Positions 1 through 8,271 of a DNA stretch of 64,000 bases are shown piece after piece. How positions within the stretch are numbered: the stretch's first letter is position 1; each line of letters starts with the position of its first letter. The notes below the pieces were generated by a model. That model made no database searches and was not told the DNA's origin. It saw only the letters and a program-made list of their open reading frames with translations. The position numbers were made by a program, and so were the translations under genes. Where the stretch lies: NCBI GenBank assembly GCA_964452165.1, contig CAYVKP010000001.1, positions 1,715 through 65,714 on the forward strand, given 5' to 3'. The DNA comes from an uncultured Gammaproteobacteria bacterium. GTDB taxonomy: Bacteria; Patescibacteriota; Microgenomatia; Levybacterales; GWA1-39-11.

Positions 1-215
1 TCACCGGGTTCCCTACCCGCCACTATACAATTCACCTTACGGCAAATCGCTTTTATAGCAAGGTTTCCTATCCTTTGCAGATAGGTGGGTTTCCCCATTC
101 GGACACCAACGGATCAAAGAGTCATAGGTCTCTCCCCGTCGATTTTCGCGTACCTTGAAGCGTCCTTCTTCGGTCAATACTTCCTAGGCATCCACTAATG
201 ACATTAAAAATAGCG
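1..215 (-). rRNA. rrl: 23S rRNA, 5' end only (gene continues off the left edge)
   Basis: The reverse complement reads ...TTAGTGGATGCCTAGGAAG...GAAGAAGGACGC...GTCCGAATGGGGAAACCC...GGGAACCCGGTGA. These match the universally conserved 5'-domain blocks of bacterial 23S (E. coli GGTGGATGCCCTGGCA / GATGAAGGACG / TTTCCGAATGGGGAAACCC). The exact 5' end (about 205-225) is uncertain. Confidence 0.85.
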
Positions 216-513
216 TAGATTTTAAAAAATCAAAACTTATGTTCCGGCAAAGGACATAAGAAACTCGATCCCCGAGTTTTTGGCCTAGTTGTACTCAAAT
301 TAATATTTTACTCCGACTACTGCGTCGGAAATTATTTGAGAAAACAATATTTTATATATAAACCCCAATTGTCAATGTGCGGCTCTATAATATACTTTTG
401 TCTCGTCCCAAGTATATTGCCCTTGGCGACGAGGCAGAAATATACTAAATCTGCCTTAAAAATTAAGTGTGCTTGCACTGAGACCCACCTTTTCGAAGAA
501 AGGGTGAGTCGAA

Positions 514-587
514 GTGGACCCAAGGAGATTCGGACTCCTGACCTCCTCGTTGCAAACGAGGCGCACTACCAGCTGTGCTATGGGCCC
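514..587 (-). tRNA. tRNA-Ala (anticodon TGC)
   Basis: The reverse complement GGGCCCATAGCACAGCTGGTAGTGCGCCTCGTTTGCAACGAGGAGGTCAGGAGTCCGAATCTCCTTGGGTCCA folds as a cloverleaf with anticodon loop TTTGCAA. The G3:U70 alanine identity pair is present. CCA is not encoded. Confidence 0.95.
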
Positions 588-810
588 GAGATTATTGCAA
601 ATCACTCGAACCGCAGCCGAATAGCCTTGGTCCATTTAAATTTAATTTTTAAACCTGGTTGAGAAAACAAGATGTCCCCGCGTATGGGGAGAAGTTTCGT
701 TGACAATAGGGATCCCTAAGGATGTATTGGATTTAGTTTGAGTTTTTTATCATGAACTTGTGATCTGTTTCCTCGAAAGGTAAAAACTATTCTAGCGAGT
801 TCACGAAGTC

Positions 811-838
811 TTGTCAAGCAGTATTTTGATGCTATAAT
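811..838 (+). promoter_or_regulatory. sigma70-like promoter TTGTCA-N16-TATAAT, 7 nt upstream of ATG 846 (leaderless configuration)
   Basis: TTGTCA at 811-816 and TATAAT at 833-838, read directly from the sequence. Confidence 0.4.
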
Positions 839-845
839 TTAGCCA

Positions 846-1118
846 ATGATAGAGTTTGAAGGCGTTGATCTTTTTAAGATAAGAGAATTTACCAGTCCTA
901 ACGCAGACATCGGAGAACATACCGGAGCAATGAGATCAGCCAAGAAAAACAACCATTCAACGCTCAAGTTTGGTCCCAAAAAACTAATGGTAGCAAAAGA
1001 CAAACCACTAAGGGAAGCAGTTGAAGTTACTCATAAGCCCAGACTTTTGTCCGTCGATCACAGACAGCTACGTATTGGTGGAACTTTTAGCAAGTGGGGA
1101 ACTTCTCCAAAGAAATAA
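846..1118 (+). CDS. hypothetical protein
   Basis: 90-aa ORF directly downstream of a consensus-like promoter. No recognisable domain. Confidence 0.35.
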   Translation: MIEFEGVDLFKIREFTSPNADIGEHTGAMRSAKKNNHSTLKFGPKKLMVAKDKPLREAVEVTHKPRLLSVDHRQLRIGGTFSKWGTSPKK

Positions 1119-1136
1119 TTAAAAGTTGGTATTAAA

Positions 1137-1361
1137 ATGACATTTGAAGACAAAGTTAAATTCCTTAAGTCACATTCCTCCTTTAAAGTTGTTCAACTCT
1201 CAGAAATTCGAGGCGTGGCATTTTCCGTTAAGGAGACTGAAAAGCCCTCTGAAAGTCAGTATGTTTTAGGAAAATTGGGCTCGGTCAGCCTCGTTTTGAA
1301 TACCAATGATATTGAAAAAATAGTACGCGCCTACCCTGATTTAGCCTCAAAGTTGGCATAG
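1137..1361 (+). CDS. hypothetical protein
   Basis: 74-aa ORF with composition typical of the host genes. No recognisable domain. Confidence 0.4.
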   Translation: MTFEDKVKFLKSHSSFKVVQLSEIRGVAFSVKETEKPSESQYVLGKLGSVSLVLNTNDIEKIVRAYPDLASKLA

Positions 1362-1465
1362 TTTCGCTTCAGCTTGCCTTAATTTTTTTCTTACTCGCAA
1401 TTAGCTTTTAACTTAATACTTCTTCCCTATACTCTCTTGCATAAACGGAAGGAGGTGAAAGATAA

Positions 1466-1744
1466 ATGGCAGACACATCAAAAAGAGGCTTTGCAAGCAT
1501 GGACCCTCAAAAACAAAGAGATATTGCAAGTAAAGGTGGCCAGGCAAGCTCGTCTCAGCAAGACATGAGTGACCTTGGACGTAAAGGAGGGCAAGCTGCC
1601 CAGTCCAGCGGAAATGCTCATCAGTTAACTGACGAGGACAGAAGCAAAGGTGGCTCAATGAGCCCAGGTAACTTCAAGAACGATCCTCAAAGAGCCAGCG
1701 AGGCTGGTAAAAAAGGTGGTGAATCGAGAGGTTCATCCGATTAG
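1466..1744 (+). CDS. KGG-repeat general stress protein (YciG/GsiB-like)
   Basis: Repeated ...SKGG / RKGG / KKGG motifs. The stretch GNFKNDPQRASEAGKKGG closely matches E. coli YciG. An AAGGAGGTGA RBS lies upstream. Confidence 0.85.
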   Translation: MADTSKRGFASMDPQKQRDIASKGGQASSSQQDMSDLGRKGGQAAQSSGNAHQLTDEDRSKGGSMSPGNFKNDPQRASEAGKKGGESRGSSD

Positions 1745-1754
1745 TTTTCAGGAG

Positions 1755-1777
1755 CAGGCGGCCTTGCCGCCTGTTTG
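1755..1777 (+). terminator. intrinsic terminator after the KGG gene
   Basis: CAGGCGG-CCTTG-CCGCCTG hairpin followed by TTTG. Confidence 0.6.
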
Positions 1778-1820
1778 AATTTATAAAGCAAGATTTTTAT
1801 AAGAAAGGGGGTGAGAGCAT

Positions 1821-1907
1821 ATGGCAAGAAAAACTGGACAAGGAAGAGGCTGGCACGGTGATCCTCAAGGACATGCCGAGGCAGGCCGTAAAGGCGGTAG
1901 CGAATAG
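1821..1907 (+). CDS. 28-aa micro-ORF with a single KGG-type motif (MARKTGQGRGWHGDPQGHAEAGRKGGSE)
   Basis: Hand translation. It is below the 60-aa cutoff of the ORF track. A GGGGGTGAG RBS sits 7 nt upstream. AEAGRKGG echoes the repeat of the upstream gene. The hairpin CAGGCGTG...CACGCCTG follows. Confidence 0.5.
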   Translation: MARKTGQGRGWHGDPQGHAEAGRKGGSE

Positions 1908-1963
1908 TTATTCAGGCGTGACCTAGGCACGCCTGTGTGACTCGTATTTATATCCTATATTGC

Positions 1964-1992
1964 TTGACTTGGAAGGCTATTTTTGATAGAAT
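1964..1992 (+). promoter_or_regulatory. sigma70-like promoter TTGACT-N17-TAGAAT
   Basis: TTGACT at 1964-1969 and TAGAAT at 1987-1992, read from the sequence. Confidence 0.5.
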
Positions 1993-2008
1993 TCAAGCTT
2001 CAGTTTAG

Positions 2009-2033
2009 TCCTGCTATCTAGCAGGATTTTTTT
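2009..2033 (+). terminator. terminator-like hairpin + T7 run abutting the ATG at 2034
   Basis: TCCTGCTA-TC-TAGCAGGA palindromic hairpin at 2009-2026, then TTTTTTT at 2027-2033, then ATG. Confidence 0.5.
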
Positions 2034-2687
2034 ATGTCAAAGGCAGGCCGTATTCTGCTCCTTCTTGTGGCAATTTTTGCCATAGTTGGAGCTCACACAA
2101 CGACATTTGCAGCGACAGGAGGAAATTTTTGTTCCTCCTCCTTGGTATCCAAAGCCACTTGTGGCGAAGGACTAAATGTCTGTACTAAACCTACACCAAC
2201 TGAAGGTCCCAAACAGGTTCAGTCGGCGGTGATAACACTTACCCCCAAAAATATAACGGGCACAAATACTCAACAACCAACCCCCACAAATCTTCCATCA
2301 GCTCCTGTCTTGAGCGGTCAAATGGCCTCAGATGGGGCAACTCTCAACTCCAACGCAATTTTTGATCTGGTAAATCAATATCGAGCCTCCCTTGGACTTA
2401 CTGCTTTTGAAAAAGATGATAAGGTTTGCGAACTTGCCGCAACAAGAAGTACTGAAATTCCTGCCGAGATAGAGCGTGGAAGCCTTCATTCGGGTCTTTA
2501 TAACAGGAACCTTCCTTATTGGATTTGGGAAAATGCAAAATACGGATCCGATGAGCAGGGAACCGTTGCGTGGTGGCTTGCCTCCCCTATCCATCACCAA
2601 TCAATTGTAGGAGACTACAAATTCTCCTGTGTAAAATGTAGCGGAAGCTATTGCTCAGAGCTTTTTACTAGCTTTTCACCCAAATAA
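2034..2687 (+). CDS. secreted CAP/SCP (YkwD-like) domain protein
   Basis: N-terminal signal peptide (LLLLVAIFAIVGAHTTTFA), a Thr/Pro linker, and a C-terminal CAP-domain pattern (NQYRASLGL...WLASPIHHQSI). Confidence 0.8.
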   Translation: MSKAGRILLLLVAIFAIVGAHTTTFAATGGNFCSSSLVSKATCGEGLNVCTKPTPTEGPKQVQSAVITLTPKNITGTNTQQPTPTNLPSAPVLSGQMASDGATLNSNAIFDLVNQYRASLGLTAFEKDDKVCELAATRSTEIPAEIERGSLHSGLYNRNLPYWIWENAKYGSDEQGTVAWWLASPIHHQSIVGDYKFSCVKCSGSYCSELFTSFSPK

Positions 2688-2761
2688 TCCACAGGCTGCC
2701 TGCCCGAGCGAAGCGAGGGGTTGCCACTCACAACTTGCCAGCAGTATAATATACAGTTGCC

Positions 2762-3346
2762 ATGGTAATTAAAAAAATGCCTCAGAAAAAAGAAAGCGCA
2801 GTTGAAAAACTCGCTGTAAAAATGACCGAATGGGTGGGTACGCCTGCTTCAATAGTCCTACACACGGGGCTTTTTATTGTGGCATTTTTTGTTTATTTCT
2901 TGGGCATTGACCTCTCAACAATTCTTTTAGTTGTGACAACTATAGTCTCTCTTGAAGCTATATATTTATCTCTCTTTATTCAGTTATCGGTTAATCGAAC
3001 AAGTGAGAGCCTTGAGGGGGTTGAAGAGAACCTTGATGAAATTCAGGAAGACGTTGAAGGCCTGGAGGGTGGATTTGGAGAAATTCAGGAAGATTTTGAA
3101 GGACTTGAAGGAAATGTTAAGAGGATCAGGCGAAACGTTGAAGAGCTTGAGGCCGACGTTGAGAATATTTCAGAAGATATTGACCGCTTTTACCTCGAAG
3201 ACGATAAAGAAGAAACCTCCGGACAAACTGCACACGTCCAATCCAGCAAATCCCTACAAAATATAGAAAAAGAAATTATAGTATTATCAAAAGGAATTCT
3301 CGCTCTACGTGACGATCTTGAAGTCCTCAAAAAAAACCTCCCCTAA
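2762..3346 (+). CDS. DUF1003-like membrane protein with acidic coiled-coil repeats
   Basis: Two TM helices followed by ...LFIQLSVNR, which resembles the DUF1003 / low-affinity iron permease topology. Repeated LEG-x-EIQED units follow. Confidence 0.6.
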   Translation: MVIKKMPQKKESAVEKLAVKMTEWVGTPASIVLHTGLFIVAFFVYFLGIDLSTILLVVTTIVSLEAIYLSLFIQLSVNRTSESLEGVEENLDEIQEDVEGLEGGFGEIQEDFEGLEGNVKRIRRNVEELEADVENISEDIDRFYLEDDKEETSGQTAHVQSSKSLQNIEKEIIVLSKGILALRDDLEVLKKNLP

Positions 3347-3364
3347 GCCTAGACTACCCATTAA

Positions 3365-3634
3365 TTATCTAATATGAACTCCAAACATCCGAATATTAGA
3401 AAGCTCTCCATTGGTTAAGATTGAAAAAAAGGATAAAATCAGATGCAAGACTACCAATGCTACAGTAAATATTATCCAGCGTTTAGCCCAGTAAAATCTT
3501 CTACGCTTTGTGTCAAGAAATATTGAAACGGGAAGTCCTATGATCGATACAACAAAGGCCGGAGGAATAATAAACGACCAAAATATAAAGAAGTAACCCA
3601 AGAGAGGGCTAGAAGAAAAAGCCTGAATATACAT
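3365..3634 (-). CDS. small integral membrane protein, hypothetical
   Basis: 89 aa with three hydrophobic segments, immediately downstream of trxB. Confidence 0.5.
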   Translation of the reverse strand: MYIQAFSSSPLLGYFFIFWSFIIPPAFVVSIIGLPVSIFLDTKRRRFYWAKRWIIFTVALVVLHLILSFFSILTNGELSNIRMFGVHIR

Positions 3635-3639
3635 ATCTA

Positions 3640-4557
3640 CTATTGGTCCATTAAGTATTTTTCAACTTCCAGGGCGGCCATGCAGCCAAATCCTGCGGCG
3701 GTTACTGCTTGTTTGTAAGTATAATCGTGGACGTCTCCTGCAACAAAAACACGATCAATATTTGTCTTTGTGTGTTCGCGGATTTTGATGAAACCCTTCT
3801 CATCCGTCTCGATTCCTTTGAAAATTGCCGAGTTTGGAATGTGGCCAATAGCAACAAATACTCCATCGATTGGCATTTCAGATTCCTCTCCTGTTTGAGT
3901 ATTTTTTAGCTTTACTTTTTCAACTTTCATCTCACCAAGGATCTCAGCAATTTCTGTATTGTAGATTATTTTAATTTTAGAATTTTCCTTCACTCTTTTT
4001 TGCATAATCTCCGAAGCCCTGAAAGAATCGCGTCTGTGAATAAGTGTCACTTGATCGGTATATTTTGTCATGACAAGTGCCTCTTCCATAGCAGAATCTC
4101 CTCCACCTACAACAATAACTCGCTTGTTACGGAAAAATGCGCCGTCACAAGGCGCGCAAGTGGAAACTCCGCGACCAATCTTCTCCTTTTCTCCTGGCAC
4201 ATCGAGCCATTTTGTATCTGCACCCGTTGCAATAATGACAGTTTTACCCTGATATTCCTTGTCGTCATCGGCCTTAATCTTAATTGGGGTTGAATTGTAG
4301 TCTGCCTCTTTAAAGTCTATATCTAGAATTGTTGCGCCGTGGTGTTCTGCCTGTTTGCGCATTTGCGTCATAAGATCCGGTCCCTGAATCCCCTCAGGAA
4401 ACCCGGGAAAATTCTCAACCAGGGTCGTCAATTGGAGTTGTCCTCCCCATTTTCTACCACCAATAATCAAAGTTTTAAGATTGGCACGGGTTGTATAAAT
4501 TGCTGCAGTGAGTCCTGCGGGTCCAGAACCGATGATAATTACGTCGTATAGGTCCAT
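3640..4557 (-). CDS. trxB: thioredoxin-disulfide reductase
   Basis: GSGPAG FAD motif, redox-active CAPCDG, GGGDSA NADPH motif. The length and overall pattern fit TrxB. Confidence 0.95.
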   Translation of the reverse strand: MDLYDVIIIGSGPAGLTAAIYTTRANLKTLIIGGRKWGGQLQLTTLVENFPGFPEGIQGPDLMTQMRKQAEHHGATILDIDFKEADYNSTPIKIKADDDKEYQGKTVIIATGADTKWLDVPGEKEKIGRGVSTCAPCDGAFFRNKRVIVVGGGDSAMEEALVMTKYTDQVTLIHRRDSFRASEIMQKRVKENSKIKIIYNTEIAEILGEMKVEKVKLKNTQTGEESEMPIDGVFVAIGHIPNSAIFKGIETDEKGFIKIREHTKTNIDRVFVAGDVHDYTYKQAVTAAGFGCMAALEVEKYLMDQ

Positions 4558-4564
4558 GTGGGGC

Positions 4565-4888
4565 TTACGAAGATAAAGCGGCGTCTATATTCTTCTTGAA
4601 TGTCTCTTTCGCCTGGACTCCAATCATTGTGCTTTCGGGCTTTCCGTTCTTAAAGATCATTATTGTTGGAATAGACATAACGCCATACTGTCCGGCTATT
4701 TGATTTGCATCAACATCCATTTCTGTAACCTTGATCTTATCGCCGTATTCTTCTGCAAGCTCGTGGACGAGGGGCCTTACCATCTTGCAGGGTTGGCACC
4801 ACTCTGCCCAAAAATCTACCAAGACCGGCGTATTACTTTTTAATACTTCTTGTTCGAAAGTTGCGTCTGTGAGGGTTACGACTGACAT
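4565..4888 (-). CDS. trxA: thioredoxin (active site WCQPC)
   Basis: 107 aa with the typical thioredoxin pattern VLVDFWAEWCQPCKM...GVMSIPT. It is adjacent to trxB. Confidence 0.9.
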   Translation of the reverse strand: MSVVTLTDATFEQEVLKSNTPVLVDFWAEWCQPCKMVRPLVHELAEEYGDKIKVTEMDVDANQIAGQYGVMSIPTIMIFKNGKPESTMIGVQAKETFKKNIDAALSS

Positions 4889-4973
4889 AGGAGTAACAGT
4901 ATATTACATTGTAATTTAAAGTGTCAACTAATAATTTGTTGACTTTAAATTAGATTACTGAAATACTAAAATC

Positions 4974-5330
4974 ATGAGCACAAGATCAAAAAATTCATCT
5001 TCGAATATACTTGCTTCTGCATTTTCGTTCGCCTGTATATTGATAAGTGTAGTAACTATCGCATTAGCAATTCTCGCAATATATCCAGCTGTTAGCATGA
5101 TCTCGTTTGGCTACAGCAATTACTATATATATCTTCTATTGTCAGTTGCTGGAATTTTTTTTGGTTCCATAAATATTTTTCTCATCGTCAAAAAGGTAAA
5201 TATTATTTTTATAGTAATTTGCACTTTTTTATGTTTATGCTTTGGGTTTACTTGTTTGAATATTCTCATTCTAGCTTTAGGTATCTTTGGACCTTCAGGA
5301 ATGAAAATTCCCGACAACTCCTCAATTTAA
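4974..5330 (+). CDS. hypothetical multi-pass membrane protein
   Basis: 118-aa hydrophobic ORF with no recognisable domain. Confidence 0.45.
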   Translation: MSTRSKNSSSNILASAFSFACILISVVTIALAILAIYPAVSMISFGYSNYYIYLLLSVAGIFFGSINIFLIVKKVNIIFIVICTFLCLCFGFTCLNILILALGIFGPSGMKIPDNSSI

Positions 5331-5444
5331 AGAAATTACCCTGAAGAATGACCATAAAGAGTAAATTGTATTTTTTAAACACCAGATTTGAGAAAGCCTA
5401 ACAATAGGCTTTCTCATAAATTCGGCTCTCATTACAAAATTAAG

Positions 5445-5885
5445 CTATTTATAGTAGGATTTGATTTGGAATAAGATGTAGAAAGCAATTGCTGCTCCAA
5501 CAAGTCCTCCAAGTGATAAGGAAACTACGTTTGAAACAACGTTTACTACCTCACTCCAAAATAAAAATGTCCAACCGGACATTTTGTGAGCCTTGGTTCC
5601 AGGAAAGGAAGCCAAAAGCAATGCGCTTGAAACTAAGAAAAGGAGTGATCCAATTACGCCATTACCCGCTTGTCCGACTCCTGCTCCGAGAGCAACAAAA
5701 GGAGCCAGGAATGTAAGAATTCCAAAAGCTGCAACCGCTGTCACAACTCCTAAAATTCCAAAGACTAATGATATCCAGGGTGTAATTTTTACTATAACTT
5801 CAGTCCAATTTTTTGGTAACGGTGGAAGCTTTTTAAATTGTACCTCCATCATTTCTATTAATTGATTTGCGTCTGTTTTTGCCAT
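5445..5885 (-). CDS. hypothetical membrane protein
   Basis: 146 aa with a GAGGAGGTGA RBS upstream and three to four TM helices. Confidence 0.6.
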   Translation of the reverse strand: MAKTDANQLIEMMEVQFKKLPPLPKNWTEVIVKITPWISLVFGILGVVTAVAAFGILTFLAPFVALGAGVGQAGNGVIGSLLFLVSSALLLASFPGTKAHKMSGWTFLFWSEVVNVVSNVVSLSLGGLVGAAIAFYILFQIKSYYK

Positions 5886-5943
5886 TTTTTTTCACCTCCT
5901 CTCGAGTTTCTATCAATATACCAAAATGAGGCGTGCGAAGCAA

Positions 5944-7347
5944 TTAGAACGTGAGTCCAAGTTGGGTTTTGTCTTGATCCGAATTGCCTTCTGTCTCCTC
6001 ATCCCATATAGCAACTTTTCCGTATTCGCCGTCAAATCCGGGAACTATTTTTATGTTACGGGCGCGGACTTTTCCAATACCTTGCGCCACCTTGTCTCCG
6101 GCAACGGCTCTAATCTCTGATAGATCTACGCGGAAAAGAACTTCGTGCTCTGACCCAAAGTGGTTTACGAGTCTATCAAAAACGGTCAAGACTGTTGCTG
6201 TTGCGACTCCGGAATTAAGGCTTTCTGATAAGACCTCTAGTAGTGGGACGAGCGAGACATAGGGAGGCTTTTTATTCTCAGGATCTTTTTGCCATACTAC
6301 GCCAAATTTATCCTGTTCAGGCCTGAAATTATTTGCTGGGGTATTTGCCAACACCTCTACTCTATTCATAACCCCAACGGTCAGAGGTTTGTGACAAACA
6401 GGGCAGATTGTACCGCGACTTTTATCTTCATCTGGTGAATAAGAAACTTTACAAAGTCTGTGCCCTGTATAGTGATATTTACCTTCTTCAGGATAAAATT
6501 CGATAGTGTAGGCTATCTCAAACACACGCTCGCGACCCCTAACAAACGAGTTGAGAATGTTATCGTACGTAATGTCTTCCATTTTGATTTTTGGATTTTG
6601 ATTTTTGGATTTTAAAACGGTTGCTTCTCGTCCCATTTTTTCAAGCGAGTGAGCATCAGAAAAAGAGACTATCGAACGAGTCGCAAGCTCATTTATTCGC
6701 CAGTTCATTGCAGGATCGCTTGATAAACCCGTTTCGATTGCAAAAATATACTTTGTGTACTCCCCAAAACAATCTTGGATCCTGTCGTATCCGGAGCGAG
6801 AACCGTAAAGTGAGAACCAGGGGGTCCAGATGTGACAAGGAATAATCGCGATCTTTTTATCTATACCGTAAACTATTTCTGCCAGTTGCTTTGAGGTTAG
6901 TCCCAGTATTGGCCGCCCGTCAGATGAAAGATTTATCCCTCGCCTTGTGAGCTCCGCGTTAATTTTTGCCGCAGTCTCAAAGTTGGGAGAGAAAATTAAG
7001 TTGTGAATCCTGTGCGGGACCCCATTTTCAGTATAAATTGCCGCAACTTCTGTTGATAACATAAAATACGGCCCTAAAAAATCTTTCTGTGAAAGCTCCC
7101 CAAGTTGCGCTTCTGCATTTTTTTTATCTTTGAGGCGATAAATCCCAGAATTAATCTCCTCCAGCTGAGATTGTGCCTCACGAAACCAAATTGGGTGAGT
7201 AAAATCGGCGACTGATAGGATATTTATCCCCTTCTTGCGTCCCCAAATATACATATTTGTAAGATTCATTTTTTGAGATACTGCGCGAGAAAATCTTGAA
7301 TGTATGTGGAGGTCTAAAACGAGTTCCATTTGGAACTCATTAAACAT
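5944..7347 (-). CDS. endonuclease Q-like PHP-domain nuclease
   Basis: Blocks line up with archaeal EndoQ: LDLHIHSRFSRA (PHP), HIWTPWFSLYG, ETGLSSD, SFSDAHS, GKYHYTGH, the zinc finger CPVCHKPLTVGV, PPYVSLVPL, and VPGFDGEYGKV. Confidence 0.8.
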   Translation of the reverse strand: MFNEFQMELVLDLHIHSRFSRAVSQKMNLTNMYIWGRKKGINILSVADFTHPIWFREAQSQLEEINSGIYRLKDKKNAEAQLGELSQKDFLGPYFMLSTEVAAIYTENGVPHRIHNLIFSPNFETAAKINAELTRRGINLSSDGRPILGLTSKQLAEIVYGIDKKIAIIPCHIWTPWFSLYGSRSGYDRIQDCFGEYTKYIFAIETGLSSDPAMNWRINELATRSIVSFSDAHSLEKMGREATVLKSKNQNPKIKMEDITYDNILNSFVRGRERVFEIAYTIEFYPEEGKYHYTGHRLCKVSYSPDEDKSRGTICPVCHKPLTVGVMNRVEVLANTPANNFRPEQDKFGVVWQKDPENKKPPYVSLVPLLEVLSESLNSGVATATVLTVFDRLVNHFGSEHEVLFRVDLSEIRAVAGDKVAQGIGKVRARNIKIVPGFDGEYGKVAIWDEETEGNSDQDKTQLGLTF

Positions 7348-7384
7348 GAAATGTTATTAAGTTTCAAGGTGTTATAATTGAGGG

Positions 7385-7666
7385 GTGCAAAGCGTATCTG
7401 ACGTTCTTAAAAAGTTTAACCCCATTGAAGATAAATATATTAGCCGTGAATTTCAATCTTATGGAATATATTTATCGGAAGAACTTAATGACTACAAGCA
7501 CAAATCTCTTTATATAAAGCTTGCAAAAACGGTTCACCGTTCTATACTTGATAAGGCCTTGTCATACTGCAAAGATGCAAGAACCGACACTCCCAACAAA
7601 GGCGCCCTCTTTATGTGGAAGATGAAACAATTGAAAGATGAGAACAAGCAAAAAACAAACAAGTAA
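7385..7666 (+). CDS. hypothetical protein (GTG start)
   Basis: 93-aa ORF. TATAAT at 7373-7378 lies 6 nt upstream of the GTG. Confidence 0.4.
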   Translation: MQSVSDVLKKFNPIEDKYISREFQSYGIYLSEELNDYKHKSLYIKLAKTVHRSILDKALSYCKDARTDTPNKGALFMWKMKQLKDENKQKTNK

Positions 7667-7961
7667 AGCCTTTGATAAGGTATATAAATTACTTCGAACC
7701 GTTCCAAGGGGAAAAGTTACAACGTATGGCGCAATTGGCAAAAAATTGAACATGAGCCCGCGTGTCGTGGGCTTTGCGCTTCATGCCAATCCCGATTCTG
7801 ACAATAATCCTTGTCACAGAGTAGTAAACCGTGAAGGAAGACTTGCGCCCGGCTTTGCTTTTGGAGGAACTGGCGCACAAAAACAATTACTTGAACAAGA
7901 AAGAGTGGAATTTATTGACTCAAACCACGTAGATCTTCAGAAATACTTCTTTGGATTTTAA
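7638..7961 (+). CDS. MGMT-family methylated-DNA--protein-cysteine methyltransferase (C-terminal/DNA-binding domain only)
   Basis: VPRGKVTTYGAIG...PRVVGFAL...NNPCHRVV. The PCHR active-site motif is intact. Confidence 0.85.
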   Translation: MRTSKKQTSKAFDKVYKLLRTVPRGKVTTYGAIGKKLNMSPRVVGFALHANPDSDNNPCHRVVNREGRLAPGFAFGGTGAQKQLLEQERVEFIDSNHVDLQKYFFGF

Positions 7962-7982
7962 AAGTCCGAACAAAAAGGCAAG

Positions 7983-8002
7983 AAAAAACCCGCCGAAGCG
8001 GG
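7983..8002 (-). terminator. intrinsic terminator (minus-strand reading CCCGC-TTCG-GCGGG + T6)
   Basis: Hairpin at 7989-8002 with A-run 7983-8002 region on plus strand (a T-run on the minus strand). Confidence 0.7.
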
Positions 8003-8008
8003 TCATTG

Positions 8009-8233
8009 TTAAGCGGCTGGTGCCGGTGGAGGTGTTCCACCCTGATCTTCCGCTGGAGGCTCTGTTGGTGCCGCCGGTGGTTCAGTTGGCATTGATGGTG
8101 GTTCTTGTGTTGGTGCCGCTGGAGGTGTTTGACCTGCCGGTGGTGTCATTGGATCTCCCGCTGGAGGAGGTGTCTGCATTCCTGGTTGTGTTGGGTCATT
8201 CGGATTCATTAATAAATTTATAACATTAATCAA
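8009..8233 (-). CDS. small proline-rich protein, hypothetical
   Basis: A 74-aa PT/PA-rich ORF ends right at a strong minus-strand terminator. The antisense ORF 7951..8223 is less plausible. Confidence 0.45.
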   Translation of the reverse strand: MINVINLLMNPNDPTQPGMQTPPPAGDPMTPPAGQTPPAAPTQEPPSMPTEPPAAPTEPPAEDQGGTPPPAPAA

Positions 8234-8271
8234 AAGAGCTTGTCAATAGGGGAAATGTATTAATTCTAAAA

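Noticed and set aside
332-662. ORFs 336..662 (+) and 332..523 (-) in the rRNA spacer
   Set aside because: They overlap tRNA-Ala and the tRNA-23S spacer, their composition is not protein-like, and they have no RBS. They are artefacts of non-coding RNA sequence.
6585-6615. Tandem repeat TTTTGATTTTTGGA x2, which resembles a micro-array
   Set aside because: It lies inside the EndoQ coding frame (it encodes KNQNPKIK), has only two units and no spacers. It is low-complexity coding sequence, not a CRISPR array.
7951-8223. Plus-strand ORF antisense to the Pro-rich ORF 8009..8233
   Set aside because: The strong terminator at 7983-8002 is oriented for the minus strand and directly follows the minus-strand ORF. 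The plus-strand translation is a low-complexity Val/Leu/Pro mirror. Neither ORF is certain.
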